Below, in pieces: positions 38,708 to 47,776 of a stretch of 64,000 nucleotides of DNA. How positions within the stretch are numbered: the stretch's first letter is position 1; the number at the start of each line of letters is the position of its first letter. The translations under genes were made by a program, and so were the position numbers. The notes under the pieces are model-generated. The model saw nothing but the letters and a program-made list of their open reading frames with translations. It did no database searches and was not told the origin of the DNA. This DNA comes from Spirochaetales bacterium (lineage in GTDB: Bacteria; Spirochaetota; Spirochaetia; JABEVK01), in assembly GCA_037142615.1 (NCBI GenBank), contig JBAXAI010000001.1, forward strand, positions 461,686-525,685, read 5' to 3'.

Positions 38708-39384
38708 GGTACGCGGCGCTTCTCTTGGCTCTCTGGCTGGCTACCGTGGCTTCGGCCATGGGTTTCTCCGAAGATCCCGGAGAAGTCCAAAAGCGAAACT
38801 ACGACGTGTTCGCTTTCAACAACCTTACTGTTCGCGGGGAAGTGACCGTGGAAATCCGCCAGGGTGATCATTACGCCGTCACTGTGCAAACGACCCGGGC
38901 CCTCTTTGAGCAGTTGACCGTGTACAGCCTGTTCGGCGAAGCCAACATCGCCATTGAGACTGGCCTTCGAGGGCCCCGTGAAACCGGCGCGGTTCAGGTC
39001 TGGATCACGGTTCCCCGCCTGAACCGGTTGCTGGTGCTCGACCACAGCAGCGTTGTGGCCGACTGGCCGTCGGACGCCGCGTGGGTGTCCCTGCGCGACA
39101 ACAGCGTGCTCGACTTGTCTTTCAGCGGCAAGACGCTCACTATCGAGGCCTTTTCGCGCTCGCGCGCGGTTGTCACCGGTACGGCGGGCCTCTTGTCGTT
39201 GTACCTTCGAACCGCGAGCCAAGTCGCCGCCAATGACCTGAGCACAGCCAAGGCCGAACTGGAATTGGACGAAGGCTCTTCGGTCGTTCTCGGCCCGACG
39301 GCACGCTGGACCGGAGTGCTGCGGCGAAACTCAACCGCGACCTCGCTGGGCCAGCCTCCGCAAGGTTCTCTCACTCAGAAATGA
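38704..39384 (+). CDS. Secreted GIN/DUF2807-like beta-helix protein
   Basis: Signal peptide; FNNLTVRGEVTVEIRQG, VWITVPRL, repeated S-V beta turns. Confidence 0.75.
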   Translation: MRYAALLLALWLATVASAMGFSEDPGEVQKRNYDVFAFNNLTVRGEVTVEIRQGDHYAVTVQTTRALFEQLTVYSLFGEANIAIETGLRGPRETGAVQVWITVPRLNRLLVLDHSSVVADWPSDAAWVSLRDNSVLDLSFSGKTLTIEAFSRSRAVVTGTAGLLSLYLRTASQVAANDLSTAKAELELDEGSSVVLGPTARWTGVLRRNSTATSLGQPPQGSLTQK

Positions 39385-39661
39385 AGTCAACTGCGACGGC
39401 CTGCTCGTACAAGGGAGCAAGAAAAGCCTTCACAGGCAGGTGGGCCGGATGCTCGTTGTACACAGCCAAGGCCGCCTCGTCCTTGAGCGTGACAACGAGC
39501 CCCAGATCGTAGGACCGACCCGAATGGACCACGTCTGACCCCACCTTGAGGTCTAGAACTTCACCGATGAGTGGGGCCATAGCGCGCAGGCGGGCTACCG
39601 CCTCGCCCACCGAGTGCTTGTTCTCCGGTTTGAAGCGGAACGCCACCAGGTGGAAGAGCAT
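39371..39661 (-). CDS. Dabb stress-responsive alpha/beta barrel protein
   Basis: MLFHLVAFRFK...YNEHPAH...AVDF. Confidence 0.9.
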   Translation of the reverse strand: MLFHLVAFRFKPENKHSVGEAVARLRAMAPLIGEVLDLKVGSDVVHSGRSYDLGLVVTLKDEAALAVYNEHPAHLPVKAFLAPLYEQAVAVDFISE

Positions 39662-40230
39662 CAGATCTTGCCGACCAGCTGGATGCCGGGCTTCAGAGTC
39701 TTCTGACCGGGTTCCCAATTGGCCGGGCAAACTTCGCCGTGCTCGCGGACAAACTTGGCGGCGCGCAGTTTTCGGAGGGTCTCTTTGGCGGCCCGGCCGA
39801 TACCGTTGTCGTTGATCTCGATCGTCTTGACGAAACCCTCGGGATCGATGATGAAGGTGCCCCGGTACGCAAGACCCGCATCGTCACCGTCTTCGATGTA
39901 GACGCCGCAGTAGCGGGAAAAAGCGCCGGAAGGATCGGCCAACATCGGATATTGGATCTTGCCGATCGTGGGGCTGGAACCGTGCCAAGCAAAGTGGGCA
40001 AAATGCGTGTCGGTGCTCACCGACAGGATTTCAGCTCCCTCAGCTGCAAACTCGGCGTAATGATCGGCCATATCGCCCAGTTCGGTGGGGCAAACGAACG
40101 TGAAGTCCGCAGGGTAGAAGAACACTACCACCCACTTTCCTTTGTAGTCAGACAATTGGACGGGACGAAACTCGCCCTTATGGAAGGCTGTCAGGCGGAA
40201 GTCTTCCACCTTTTTGTTCAGTGCGATCAT
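39661..40230 (-). CDS. ahpC: 2-Cys peroxiredoxin AhpC
   Basis: FYPADFTFVCPTE and GEVCPANW. Confidence 0.97.
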   Translation of the reverse strand: MIALNKKVEDFRLTAFHKGEFRPVQLSDYKGKWVVVFFYPADFTFVCPTELGDMADHYAEFAAEGAEILSVSTDTHFAHFAWHGSSPTIGKIQYPMLADPSGAFSRYCGVYIEDGDDAGLAYRGTFIIDPEGFVKTIEINDNGIGRAAKETLRKLRAAKFVREHGEVCPANWEPGQKTLKPGIQLVGKI

Positions 40231-40319
40231 GGGAATCTCCTCAACTCATTATGTCGATAAGATCCGGATTTTCGGCAAAAATGTCAAAGGGGCTTTTTTT
40301 TTGTATATTGAACAACGAT

Positions 40320-40961
40320 ATGGAACAAACCGCAACGATTCCCCTGTTTCCGCTCAATGTCGTTCTGTTTCCCAATCAACCGTTGCCCCTCCATATTTTT
40401 GAGCCGCGGTACAAACAGATGGTTGCCGACTGCCTCGCCGACGGGCGCGATTTTGGGGTTGTTCTGGCCCATCAGGGCCAGCTGTTCCAGAACGGCACCT
40501 GCGCCCGCATTGAGAATATCGTGGAACGCTTCGACGACGGGCGCCTCAACATCCTGACTCTGGGAAAGAGGCGCTTCCGTGTGCAGAAGCTTCTTGAGGA
40601 CAAGCCCTATTTGGAGGGCGAAGTTGAGTTCTGGGACGACAGGGAGGTTCCCTCGGCCGCAGTCGAACAACTTCTGCGGCAGGTTCACCTTCTGGTTAAG
40701 GACTATATGCGGATCACTGGCAAGATTGCGGACCCCAGCCTCATCGAGAACTACACTCCGTACGGGTTTTCATTTTTTCTGGCCGAAATCAACAGCTATT
40801 CCTTGACCCGACAGCAGGAAGTACTTGAGATGAACTCCGCCGAGGAACGTCTGCTGGAAGGCCTGGCGAGTCTGACCCAGTTGGTAGCCAAGCTTAAGTT
40901 GGACGAGAAACTCCAACAGCTTTTGGGTAGCACCAGCAGCTTCTTCAACATCTGCAACTGA
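40320..40961 (+). CDS. LON peptidase substrate-binding domain protein
   Basis: IPLFPLNVVLFP..LPLHIFEPRYKQMV. Confidence 0.9.
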   Translation: MEQTATIPLFPLNVVLFPNQPLPLHIFEPRYKQMVADCLADGRDFGVVLAHQGQLFQNGTCARIENIVERFDDGRLNILTLGKRRFRVQKLLEDKPYLEGEVEFWDDREVPSAAVEQLLRQVHLLVKDYMRITGKIADPSLIENYTPYGFSFFLAEINSYSLTRQQEVLEMNSAEERLLEGLASLTQLVAKLKLDEKLQQLLGSTSSFFNICN

Positions 40962-40969
40962 CTCTTGGC

Positions 40970-40998
40970 TTGACACCGAGAGGCCGATTCTCTATTCT
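40970..40998 (+). promoter_or_regulatory. sigma70 promoter (TTGACA-17-TATTCT)
   Basis: Near-consensus, upstream of small ORF. Confidence 0.8.
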
Positions 40999-41021
40999 GA
41001 TGCGATCTTCTGGAGGGTTCT

Positions 41022-41159
41022 ATGGGTTCTGACACCAAAAAAACATCGACTCAGCGCCGTAACAAGGCCGAAAAGCGCGCTGTGGCGCGTGCCAAGGCTG
41101 CGAATCGTGCTCTGGCACGACTCAAGGCCAAGGGCTTCAACAAGTCGCTGAGCGCCTAG
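41022..41159 (+). CDS. Small basic protein, 45 aa (MGSDTKKTSTQRRNKAEKRAVARAKAANRALARLKAKGFNKSLSA)
   Basis: Own promoter, GGAGG RBS, downstream terminator; below ORF-track size cut-off. Confidence 0.8.
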   Translation: MGSDTKKTSTQRRNKAEKRAVARAKAANRALARLKAKGFNKSLSA

Positions 41160-41175
41160 TTGTTCTGACAGCTTG

Positions 41176-41200
41176 AACCCGGCCGAAAGGCCGGTTTTTT
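41176..41200 (+). terminator. Rho-independent terminator
   Basis: CCGGCC-GAAA-GGCCGG followed by T6. Confidence 0.9.
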
Positions 41201-41204
41201 GTTG

Positions 41205-41232
41205 TTGCAAATGACTTTGCGGCTCATACAAT
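41205..41232 (+). promoter_or_regulatory. sigma70 promoter of MCP (TTGCAA-16-TACAAT)
   Basis: Upstream of GAGGGG RBS and ATG41252. Confidence 0.6.
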
Positions 41233-41251
41233 GAGTTTGAGGGGCGTTGCC

Positions 41252-43381
41252 ATGAAGTTCACTCTGCGGGTCAAACTGTTCATTACATCTTTTGTCCTTG
41301 TCATCCCGCTTAGCTTTGCCCTGTGGAGCCTTTTGGGCCTGTATCAGGGCCAGCTTGACTTCACCCAGCAGGAAATCCGAGGTCTTGAGGCGACGACTCC
41401 CGTAGCCCGCACACTGTTTCTGCTCCAGTCCTCGCATGGGGAGTCGACACAGTCGGCAGACTTGGCTTCGGTGGTCGAAGGGTTCACTCCGATCGCCCAG
41501 AAGTACCGAATCCATCTCACCATCGAAAAGGCCGAACTGCAGCGTGCAGGCGTTGCTTGGAACGAGGTCAATACTCTCGAATCGCGCCTCAAGTTCTACC
41601 TTTCGGGAAACCCTGACACCTACGAGAAAGTCTTCGGCCTGACGAGGGGCCTAATCGCCTATCTTGGCGACACCTCGAACTTGATTCTCGACCCTGACAT
41701 CAACTCTTACTACCTTATCAGCGTGCTGATGATTGACCTTCCCGACCTGATCACCGTGATTGACAAAATCCAGACAACCCTTCGGGAATGGCCGGCCAAT
41801 CCGCTGCCGGCCGACTACTTCAACGCCTATACGCTGGTCGGCGCGTACGAAAAGAAAATCGGGGACCTCGCCGTCTCGCTCGACCGGTCCCTGAAGAACG
41901 ATCCGGGCCCTTACGGTTCCATCCCAGGTTACGTAGACCGCATGGAGGCTCAGAAGCAACCCCTGCTCGCAGCCCTGAATATGCTCGACAACGTATTGAA
42001 GGGTCAGGCGCGCAGCGGACAGTGGAATCTGGCGCTTTCCAAGCCGGTATTCCTCGACGCCCAAAAAATCCTTCAAAAAACTGACAGCCTGGGCAGAGAA
42101 TTTCTGGCCCTGATGCTCCAAGCGCGAATCTCCTCGATTCAGCGCGCGCTGGTGTTCGCCTTTGCGTTGTGCGCTGTTCTCGTGGCTGGCGGGCTCTTCC
42201 TTGTGCTTTTCATGGTGGGCCGCATCCGCGGGAAGGTCTTTCTTCAAATGGCCGCGTTTGAGAGGGTGTCGCAAGGCGACCTGACGATCCGGCTGAGTCC
42301 CAAGGGCGGCGATGAACTTGCCAAGTCGGCCGCGTCGTTCAATCGTTTCATGGATACCTTCCAGGGTAACTTCCGCAACCTGTCGACCCTTTCCAAGGTC
42401 TTGGGTAGTTCGGCCGTGAAAGTGCAATCTTCCAGCGAGTTCCTGGGCAAAGGGAGCCAGACGCAGGCGGCAACGGTGGAAGAAACCTCTACCACGATGG
42501 AGACGTTTTCTGACACGCTCGAAGGAATTCGCATTCACATGTCGAAGCAACTGGAAGCCACCGAAGAAACCTTCTCGACGATGGATGCTCTGAGTTCGGG
42601 GCTGGGAAATATTCGCAACGAGGTCGCTGCCCTGCGGAGCATTGCTGCGGAGAGTCATGATTCCACGCAATCTGGCGAAGGCATCCTGAGGGAGTCTCTG
42701 GAGGTCAGTCAGCTCTTAGGAACAGGAATGAACGAGGCTAACGCCCGCATGATGGACATCCGGGGCGGCACTGAGAATATCGCTGAACTCCTTACCGCCA
42801 TCAGTCAAATTTCCGGTAATACCAGCCTTCTGGCGATGAACGCCGCGATTGAGGCTGCTCATGCTGGCGAAACCGGAAAGGGTTTTGCGGTTGTTGCCGA
42901 GGAAATCCGCAAACTCGCTTCTGATACCCAGATTTTTGTTGATGACATTTCGGGAATCATGGAACAGATTCAGATTTCGGTAGCCAACGGAGCGGCGATC
43001 ACGGACAAGGGTGCCCGTCACGCGATGGAGTCGTTTCGGCTTGGTGAACTTTCCCGCGAGGCCTTGCAGCGCATCAGCAACAGCTTTTCGGACATCAACA
43101 ACCGCGTCTTGGGCATCGAGCAATTCGTTCAAGGCACCGAGATCCTGACCAACGAAATCCACGAGAAGGCCCAAAGCCTCAACGAGGAGACCGGCAATCT
43201 CAATCAGTCGATCCTGGAAACCACGGAAGGCGCCCGCCAGATTGGCACAGCGATGTTTGACTTGGCCGAGAGTGCCAGTACCACAGCACAAAATGGCGAG
43301 GACCTCAACCAACTGTCCCAAACTCTTGAGCGGCAGTCAGACCAACTGACCAAGACCGTCACCAAGTACAAAATCGACTAG
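41252..43381 (+). CDS. Methyl-accepting chemotaxis protein
   Basis: Two TMs, SNLILDPD sensor motif, [35 protein letters not shown]. Confidence 0.96.
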   Translation: MKFTLRVKLFITSFVLVIPLSFALWSLLGLYQGQLDFTQQEIRGLEATTPVARTLFLLQSSHGESTQSADLASVVEGFTPIAQKYRIHLTIEKAELQRAGVAWNEVNTLESRLKFYLSGNPDTYEKVFGLTRGLIAYLGDTSNLILDPDINSYYLISVLMIDLPDLITVIDKIQTTLREWPANPLPADYFNAYTLVGAYEKKIGDLAVSLDRSLKNDPGPYGSIPGYVDRMEAQKQPLLAALNMLDNVLKGQARSGQWNLALSKPVFLDAQKILQKTDSLGREFLALMLQARISSIQRALVFAFALCAVLVAGGLFLVLFMVGRIRGKVFLQMAAFERVSQGDLTIRLSPKGGDELAKSAASFNRFMDTFQGNFRNLSTLSKVLGSSAVKVQSSSEFLGKGSQTQAATVEETSTTMETFSDTLEGIRIHMSKQLEATEETFSTMDALSSGLGNIRNEVAALRSIAAESHDSTQSGEGILRESLEVSQLLGTGMNEANARMMDIRGGTENIAELLTAISQISGNTSLLAMNAAIEAAHAGETGKGFAVVAEEIRKLASDTQIFVDDISGIMEQIQISVANGAAITDKGARHAMESFRLGELSREALQRISNSFSDINNRVLGIEQFVQGTEILTNEIHEKAQSLNEETGNLNQSILETTEGARQIGTAMFDLAESASTTAQNGEDLNQLSQTLERQSDQLTKTVTKYKID

Positions 43382-43614
43382 TCGGTCTTGTGCTCGGGCG
43401 GTTCCACATCGGGGAACGGCAGATCCAGTGAGCTCGAAAGGGCTGCTTGGTTGGCGGCCTGAATTTCGAGAGCAACCTCCTGGCGGTAGACCTTAACCTC
43501 TTTTGGGGCCTTGATTCCCAACTTGACCGTGTCGCCACGCAAGTCGACCACCCAAATCTCGATTCCATCGCCAATGAGAATCTTCTGGTCTTTTTTTCGG
43601 GAGAGGATCAGCAT
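43378..43614 (-). CDS. csrA: Carbon storage regulator CsrA
   Basis: [32 protein letters not shown]. Confidence 0.96.
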   Translation of the reverse strand: MLILSRKKDQKILIGDGIEIWVVDLRGDTVKLGIKAPKEVKVYRQEVALEIQAANQAALSSSLDLPFPDVEPPEHKTD

Positions 43615-43615
43615 T

Positions 43616-44053
43616 TCATTCCCTCCGCGCGGCCATTTCTTCCAGAATATCGTGCTTGGTGCGGTACTCGTCCTTGGGACTGATGCACTGCGCCCCCTTG
43701 CCTGTCTTGCGGTTGATCACCAGCGGCCCCTGCAAATTGGCAGTCATGGGTCCGGACTCGGGAATCGTGACGATGGCAAAGACCAGCAAGTCGGCCGCCT
43801 CAGGATTGCCCAGCTCGTCCAGGTCTTCCCGGCTGAGACCGGGATCATAGTCGTCGTGGAAGATAGACGGCTTGATCAGAATGAAAGCAATTCGAACCTC
43901 GTCGAGATTTTGCAGCCAGAAGAAAGGCTTCTTGTGCGCGTCGATCAGGGCGAAGCGAGTGTATTCCTCGAAGCCGAGGAGGCCCCGTGGAAAGGCCAGG
44001 ATCTGCTTGTCTTCAATCTCTACAGGGCCGTAGGCCTTGGTATCGAGCTTCAT
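43616..44053 (-). CDS. fliW: Flagellar assembly factor FliW
   Basis: FPRGLLGFE, FFWLQ, MTANLQGPLVIN. Confidence 0.95.
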   Translation of the reverse strand: MKLDTKAYGPVEIEDKQILAFPRGLLGFEEYTRFALIDAHKKPFFWLQNLDEVRIAFILIKPSIFHDDYDPGLSREDLDELGNPEAADLLVFAIVTIPESGPMTANLQGPLVINRKTGKGAQCISPKDEYRTKHDILEEMAARRE

Positions 44054-44055
44054 AG

Positions 44056-45312
44056 TCACCTCAGAAAGTCCATCAACGTGGTGGGAAGGATTTTGGCTGC
44101 GGCCTTCAAGGCCGCTTGGTGTGTGTAGTCGAGCATTTTCATCTGGGTGATTCCCTGGGTCAGGTCGAGGTCGAGGAGGTTCGAAGTCTTCTCTTGCACC
44201 TTGGGAATCTCATCCTGCAGCCGCTTGCTGGTGTCTTCCAGGCGGGTGTCCCGCGAACCGAGTTCGGCCACGGCGGTCTGAATGTTCTTCAGGGACGCTT
44301 GTACTCCGGCCAAACCTTGGCCACCGATGAACTCCTTGTTTCCGGCCAAAAGGTTGTCACGCAGCCGGATCACGGCATCGAACATGGACCCACCAAAGGC
44401 CCTGGCGTCCGGATGGAGGTTCTGCGGGGGCTGAAGGCCGGGACGGTCCGAAAGGACTCCCAGATCTCGCAACACGTTTCCACCGGTTCCGGCGGCGTCT
44501 TCGAGGAACAACTGGTGTGGCTGGGTGGTTTCCAGCACCAGTCCGTTGGTAACAGGGTCAATAGAGGCGCGCACTGCCACGGGGGCTGCGTTGATTCGGC
44601 TGACAATAGTGTGAATGTTGTCACCGGCTTTGAGATCGATCTTCTTTCCGTCCATGAGAAAGGAGGTGTCGGACTGGACCTGGTAGTTCTGCGCGTCGAC
44701 CGACGAATACACCTTTTGCTGGTCAGCCCAAAACACCTTGTTCCCGGCAAAGTTCGTCGCGATGCTGGTGTTTTCGCTGATGTCAGCCTTGTTTTCGCCG
44801 ATCGAGCCCATGTACTCCACATTGGTGATCACCTGCCCGGTTCCCCCTTCGACGTGGCCCTTGAGCGTGCGGAAGGCCGCTGAGTCGAGTTTGGTCCCCG
44901 CAAAAAGACTCTGGCCGTCGGGGCCCTTGGCGTTACCAATGCTCACGAGCTCGTTAAGGTACTCATTGATCTCATTGCCCATGGTCTGCAGATCACTCTT
45001 GGAGTAAGTTCCGTTGGCACCTTGGATGGTCAGCTCATTGACCCGCTGCAAAATGTCCTGGGTTTGCGACAGATGGCTTTCCTGGATACGAAGGTTGGCC
45101 TGCACTTCGAGCGCATTGCTGTCGTAACGCTCCAAGCGAGCCATCCAGCTTTGGTAGCGCGTGGCATGGGCGGCAGCGACCGGATCATCACGAAGGTTCT
45201 GGATGCGTTGCTGGCTGGCCATCTGGTTTTGGTTGCGGTTGATCTGGTACTCCTGAGACCGCAAAGTCGAGTTCAGATCGTTGTTGGTCATGTTGGAACT
45301 GATGCGTTGCAT
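44056..45312 (-). CDS. flgL: Flagellar hook-associated protein 3
   Basis: MQRISSNM, RDDPVAA, QGANGTYS, LPTTLMDFLR. Confidence 0.96.
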   Translation of the reverse strand: MQRISSNMTNNDLNSTLRSQEYQINRNQNQMASQQRIQNLRDDPVAAAHATRYQSWMARLERYDSNALEVQANLRIQESHLSQTQDILQRVNELTIQGANGTYSKSDLQTMGNEINEYLNELVSIGNAKGPDGQSLFAGTKLDSAAFRTLKGHVEGGTGQVITNVEYMGSIGENKADISENTSIATNFAGNKVFWADQQKVYSSVDAQNYQVQSDTSFLMDGKKIDLKAGDNIHTIVSRINAAPVAVRASIDPVTNGLVLETTQPHQLFLEDAAGTGGNVLRDLGVLSDRPGLQPPQNLHPDARAFGGSMFDAVIRLRDNLLAGNKEFIGGQGLAGVQASLKNIQTAVAELGSRDTRLEDTSKRLQDEIPKVQEKTSNLLDLDLTQGITQMKMLDYTHQAALKAAAKILPTTLMDFLR

Positions 45313-45314
45313 GG

Positions 45315-47210
45315 TCAGACTCCTAGCTTGTTGATGATGGTGTCTAGCATGTCGTTCCAGTTGGAAATGAACCTGGCGGCAGCGTTGTAGCCGTGTTGAA
45401 ACTTCAGTAGGTTGGACATTTCTTCGTCGATGTTGACGCCCGAGACGCTGTCGCGCAGGTCATGGAGGTCTTTCATCACCTTGTTCTGGGTCTCCAGGCT
45501 GATCTGGGCGGTTTCGCCCTTGAGGCCAATGCTCGCTACAGACTGAGCGAAGTAGTCATCGAAGGTCTTGGCGTCACCAACATTGACCTGACTGCCCCGG
45601 AGGCTTGCGATCGCGAGGGCCGCTGAACCGTCACCGGCTTCGGCTGGTTTGCCATTGGCACCCAAACCCGCAGCGAGTTTGCCGGGGTCGGCGGTGAGTT
45701 CTTGATTGATGCCGACCCAAGCCGAAGGATGCGCCAACGGCGCCACCGCGTATTGCGTTCCACCGCCGGCCAGCGCTGTTGCCGCCTGGGGCGTGGTCCA
45801 GTCGTAGGCTCCGCCTGGACCCGGCGCCGCCAGCACTCCGGAATAGCCGACCAAGAACTGACCGGAGTCTTCGACATGCCGCAACACAAAAGGAGGATTT
45901 GCAGGGTCGGCGCTCGGAACGGCCTTGAGCTGTAGTTTGCCATCGCGGTCCAGCCGTGCGCTGACTTCGGACCCAGAGTTGTTGATGCGTTGCACGATGT
46001 CGTGTACGGTGTCGGCGGCATTGTAGGCTAGCGTGATGTTTCCGGCCTTTCCGGGCAGAGTCATGGTTCCCGACAAGCCCACCTGTTGCTGGGGATCGAG
46101 CGCATTCTTGCCCGTTACGCGGAACAACATGGTTGAGTCGAGCACGCCGTCACCATTCTTGTCGTAGCTGCCGTCAGCGTTGGTGACTGCCTTGTACTCG
46201 GTGAAGAACTTCTTTCCTGTATCGCCGTTGATGCCGTAGCCCGCGGAGTGAACTTCGTTGACGAGGTCGGAAAAGTGGACGGTCATCTGGTCGAGGTTTT
46301 GGATTTCCTTGCGGGTGTCGACGTCGCGCAGTTCGACAAGGGCTCCCAACTTGCCGCCGGAAGTGCCCCCAAGGCTCAAAGGAATCGGTTCCTTGGTGTC
46401 GGAACGGATCACTTTCCAGTACCCTTCGTTGGTCGGGTCGCCCGTGATTTCCATGGGGCTGGCAATCTTCCCCTGTACCAAATGGACGCCATTCATGTGG
46501 ATCTGAAACTCATCCGGGTCACGCTTGTTCTCGACCGTGATGGGAACAATCGACGACAACTTGTTGGTCAGCAGGTCACGCTGGTCGAGCAGGTCGTTGG
46601 GATTGTCGCCCATGCCCTTCACTTTCTCGATTTGAACGTTGAGCGCAGCGATGTTCTTCAGGTAGGTATTCACCTCGCCCACCGTGTTGGCGACGTCTTC
46701 GTTGATCATGACGGCCACGTCGGTGAGGTTCTTGTTCTTGTCGTGGATGGAGTCCATCAGAGTCTGGCCCCGTTCCAGGACAGCCTTGCGGCTTGCCATT
46801 TCGTCAGGATGGAGCGATAGGTCCTGCCAGCCTTCCCAGAACTTGTCCATGCGGCTCCGGATCGAAATCTCGGCCGGTTCGTTCTGGATCTTTTCCAGTT
46901 GGAGGATGTACTTGTCGCGCTGAGCCCAGTAGCCTTCGCCAGAAGCCGTCGAATTGATGCGGTTTTCGAGCAGGTCGTCGCGGACCCGGGTCACCGACTG
47001 GGTTTCGACCCCCTGACCCAGTTGACCTGGTACCCAAGCCCGGTTGAGTCCCGGGTCGTCGAGCGGAGGCGCCGCCTTCATCTCGACCCGCTGTCGCGAG
47101 TAGCCCTCCGTGCCGGCGTTCGCAAGGTTGTGCCCTGTGGTCTGCATGGCCTCGGTGTGCGCTGCCAGCGCGCGTTTTCCCATTTCAATTCCGGCAAATG
47201 CTGAACTCAT
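45315..47210 (-). CDS. flgK: Flagellar hook-associated protein 1
   Basis: TTGHNLANAGTEGYSRQRV, NPNDLLDQRD, SVSGVNIDEEM. Confidence 0.97.
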   Translation of the reverse strand: MSSAFAGIEMGKRALAAHTEAMQTTGHNLANAGTEGYSRQRVEMKAAPPLDDPGLNRAWVPGQLGQGVETQSVTRVRDDLLENRINSTASGEGYWAQRDKYILQLEKIQNEPAEISIRSRMDKFWEGWQDLSLHPDEMASRKAVLERGQTLMDSIHDKNKNLTDVAVMINEDVANTVGEVNTYLKNIAALNVQIEKVKGMGDNPNDLLDQRDLLTNKLSSIVPITVENKRDPDEFQIHMNGVHLVQGKIASPMEITGDPTNEGYWKVIRSDTKEPIPLSLGGTSGGKLGALVELRDVDTRKEIQNLDQMTVHFSDLVNEVHSAGYGINGDTGKKFFTEYKAVTNADGSYDKNGDGVLDSTMLFRVTGKNALDPQQQVGLSGTMTLPGKAGNITLAYNAADTVHDIVQRINNSGSEVSARLDRDGKLQLKAVPSADPANPPFVLRHVEDSGQFLVGYSGVLAAPGPGGAYDWTTPQAATALAGGGTQYAVAPLAHPSAWVGINQELTADPGKLAAGLGANGKPAEAGDGSAALAIASLRGSQVNVGDAKTFDDYFAQSVASIGLKGETAQISLETQNKVMKDLHDLRDSVSGVNIDEEMSNLLKFQHGYNAAARFISNWNDMLDTIINKLGV

Positions 47211-47222
47211 GATTGGCCTCTC

Positions 47223-47723
47223 TCAGAAATGCGTATTCAGAACGAGGGGACGCGCTTCGCCGCCCCGGATGAAGCCGGAGCGCGAATACATGCGGCCCCG
47301 CAAGGTCGGATTCAACTCGTGGACGACGGCTTTGACGAGCGCGCTGGCCGTTTGAACGTAGGTGGCAATGCCGAGGTTCAGCCCCTTCAGGCGCAAAGAC
47401 CGCAGTTTCAGCTCGCGGAATAGTTCTGCCAACAACTCGCGCTGGTCTTCGGGGAGCCGGGGAAGAACTTCGTAGAACTTGCCTTCGCGGCCCAAGACTC
47501 GCAGTTGGATGCCTCGCCAGAGGGCGTCGCGACGCTCCTCAAGGCAACGAAGGCCTTCGGATTGGAAGTCGAGGGATTGCAGGGCCTTCTCGAGGGCCGG
47601 CCAGGTCTTGGTTTGCAACGCGGCCTTGGCAGCCAGTTGGGTATCCTGAAAGTGGTCCATGCCCTGAATTTGCATTTCCATCAGGGTTTTCAGGTCGAGC
47701 AGATTCCTTTCCAGTGTGTCCAT
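47223..47723 (-). CDS. flgN: Flagellar export chaperone FlgN-like
   Basis: Helical 166 aa directly upstream of flgK with C-terminal Y motif. Confidence 0.75.
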   Translation of the reverse strand: MDTLERNLLDLKTLMEMQIQGMDHFQDTQLAAKAALQTKTWPALEKALQSLDFQSEGLRCLEERRDALWRGIQLRVLGREGKFYEVLPRLPEDQRELLAELFRELKLRSLRLKGLNLGIATYVQTASALVKAVVHELNPTLRGRMYSRSGFIRGGEARPLVLNTHF

Positions 47724-47744
47724 CGTCCGACTCCTTCCTTTCGA

Positions 47745-47771
47745 TTGTCGGAAGAAGCCGAAAAATCATGA
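47745..47771 (-). promoter_or_regulatory. Candidate sigma28 promoter for flgN-flgK-flgL-fliW-csrA (TCAT-N15-TCCGACAA)
   Basis: Partial match to FliA consensus TAAA-N15-GCCGATAA upstream of late flagellar genes. Confidence 0.55.
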
Positions 47772-47776
47772 CACTT

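Noticed and set aside
40253-40260. sigma28-like GTCGATAA near ahpC and the LON-domain gene
   Set aside because: No matching -35, and sigma70-type boxes are present
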